From Prorocentrum cordatum (lineage: Eukaryota), in the NCBI GenBank assembly GCA_963575745.1, contig CAUYUJ010000059.1, forward strand, positions 434,001 to 498,000: 64,000 nt of DNA, given 5' to 3'. Made by a program: the position numbers and the translations under genes. Below the pieces are notes generated by a model. The model was not told where the DNA came from. It saw only the letters and a list, made by a program, of their open reading frames with translations, and did no database searches. Position 1 is the stretch's first letter. The number at the start of each line of letters is the position of its first letter. Positions 62,601 to 64,000 of this stretch are shown here, piece after piece.

Positions 62601-63603
62601 CACCCCCGTGGCGCTCGAGGTCCAGTTCCAGTTTGGCGCGGCGTCGTTAGGCGCGCCGCAGGCGATCCAGGCGCTGGATCAGCCGCCCCGCCGGGCGTCG
62701 GGGAGGCCGTCCTGGGGGCGGCCCCTGCGGTCGCCCCAACAAGGGCCGGCCCCCCGGCGCGTCGCCGGGCGCACCTCGAACGCGCGGAAGGGGATCGCGA
62801 ACCCCACGGCAAGGCGGCGGGCAGGGGCCAGGCGCCCAGCGCAATCCGGGGCAAGAGCCGCGGGAAGGGCAAGGGCGGAAAGGGCACGGGCGACAAGGGC
62901 GGCAAGAGTGCCAAGGCAAAGGCAGCGGCGAAGGCAGCCGCTGCCCCGGCCTCGCCCGGGGGCGCCAGTGGCGCGCCGGCGCCCGGGGGCGGCGGGGCCG
63001 CTGCAGTGGCCCCGTCCGCCCCCGGACGCAGGGGCCCGCCAGGGGCGGGCAGGGCAATGGGCCGCGCGCGAAGCTGGAGTTCATCGGGGCCAGCGCGCCC
63101 CCGATCTCGCCCGCGCGCCGCCGCTGCGCGACGCCCTGCGCCCACTTGGGAGGGGAGGAGAAGTGTCGGGCGGGATGAGTCCTACAATTTAGCCAGCCTG
63201 GGATGGGTGGTTCGTTGGCGCGAGAGGGAGAGAAGGGAGAGGGCCGAAGATTGGCGCGCCGCGTTCGCGCCCGGGGATTTTCGGGCCCCCAGTATTATCT
63301 CCCCCTACCCCCTTCCTCCCACCCCCACTCCCTCTTCCCCCCCCGGGGCTGGCTGGTCGCCTACGGGCCCCTCCCCCCCCCATAGCTCTCCCCCGGGCCT
63401 CCGGTGCCCTGCCGGAGGTCTTTGCGACCCCTCGCCGTTCTCCGTCGCACTTCCCCCCCCCCCCCGCCCCCCCCCCCGGGACTTTCCCGAGGCCCGCCGG
63501 CCGCCCCCCGGGCCACGTCGCGGCCGCCCTATATGCGGGGGCGGAGACGCAAGCGGACAGCGCCTGGCCGACTCGCCGAAGCGCCGCCTGCGGAGCCCAC
63601 GGG

Positions 63604-63784
63604 TCTGGACGCCCGAAATGGGCACGGAAAGAATGGGTACAGTGCCCAAAAGCAGTTCCTGCTCCTTTTGAACAGGACTCGCTGTGCCACGCCGCCGCGG
63701 CCTGCGCCCATGTGAGACAGAGGGCCGCCTGTTTGCTGTTGGGCATTGTACCCATTTTTTCGGTACCCATTTCGGGCGTCCAAA
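63604..63784. mobile_element. MITE family 4, best-preserved copy
   Basis: About 45-nt TIR TGGACGCCCGAAATGGG...ATGGGTACAGTGCCCA / TGGGCATTGTACCCAT...CCCATTTCGGGCGTCCA; 5-bp TSD ACGGG. Confidence 0.85.
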
Positions 63785-64000
63785 ACGGGGAGCAGGAGGG
63801 CGCTGTCCGGGGGGCGCGCGGCGGCCCGCCCCGCGGAGCCTGGCTTCGCCGATGTCCGGGGAGCGCCACAGGCCCGCGCCCCGCTGCGTTGCTGCCCCCT
63901 GGGGCACGAGCGGCGTGGCCACTCGCCACAACCCCTCCCTGCGCCTCCTCCTCCTCCTCCTCCTCCTCCTCCTCCTCCTCCTCCTCCTCCTCCTCCTCCT

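Overview
Eukaryotic, GC-rich, repeat-dense DNA, almost certainly from a dinoflagellate: an exact 22-nt dinoflagellate spliced leader (SL) lies at 28092-28113, and the introns use GC, GT and GA donors with AG|G acceptors. One host gene on the + strand spans most of the window. It encodes a large protein with five tandem CbbX/SpoVK-type AAA+ modules (exons 3513-5564, 18702-19151, 19621-21090, 21564-21662) and has probable distal micro-exons at 48883 and 51479. Its start and stop were not found. The introns hold two related non-LTR retrotransposons (APE endonuclease, RT, RNase H), one near full length with an SL at its 5' end and flanked by (CCT)n. They also hold three older decayed LINEs, a probable DIRS-like remnant, several MITE families, mini- and microsatellites and a 2.1-kb tandem duplication. 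Most long ORFs in the supplied track are artefacts of simple repeats. Family assignments come from motif recognition by eye, without database searches.
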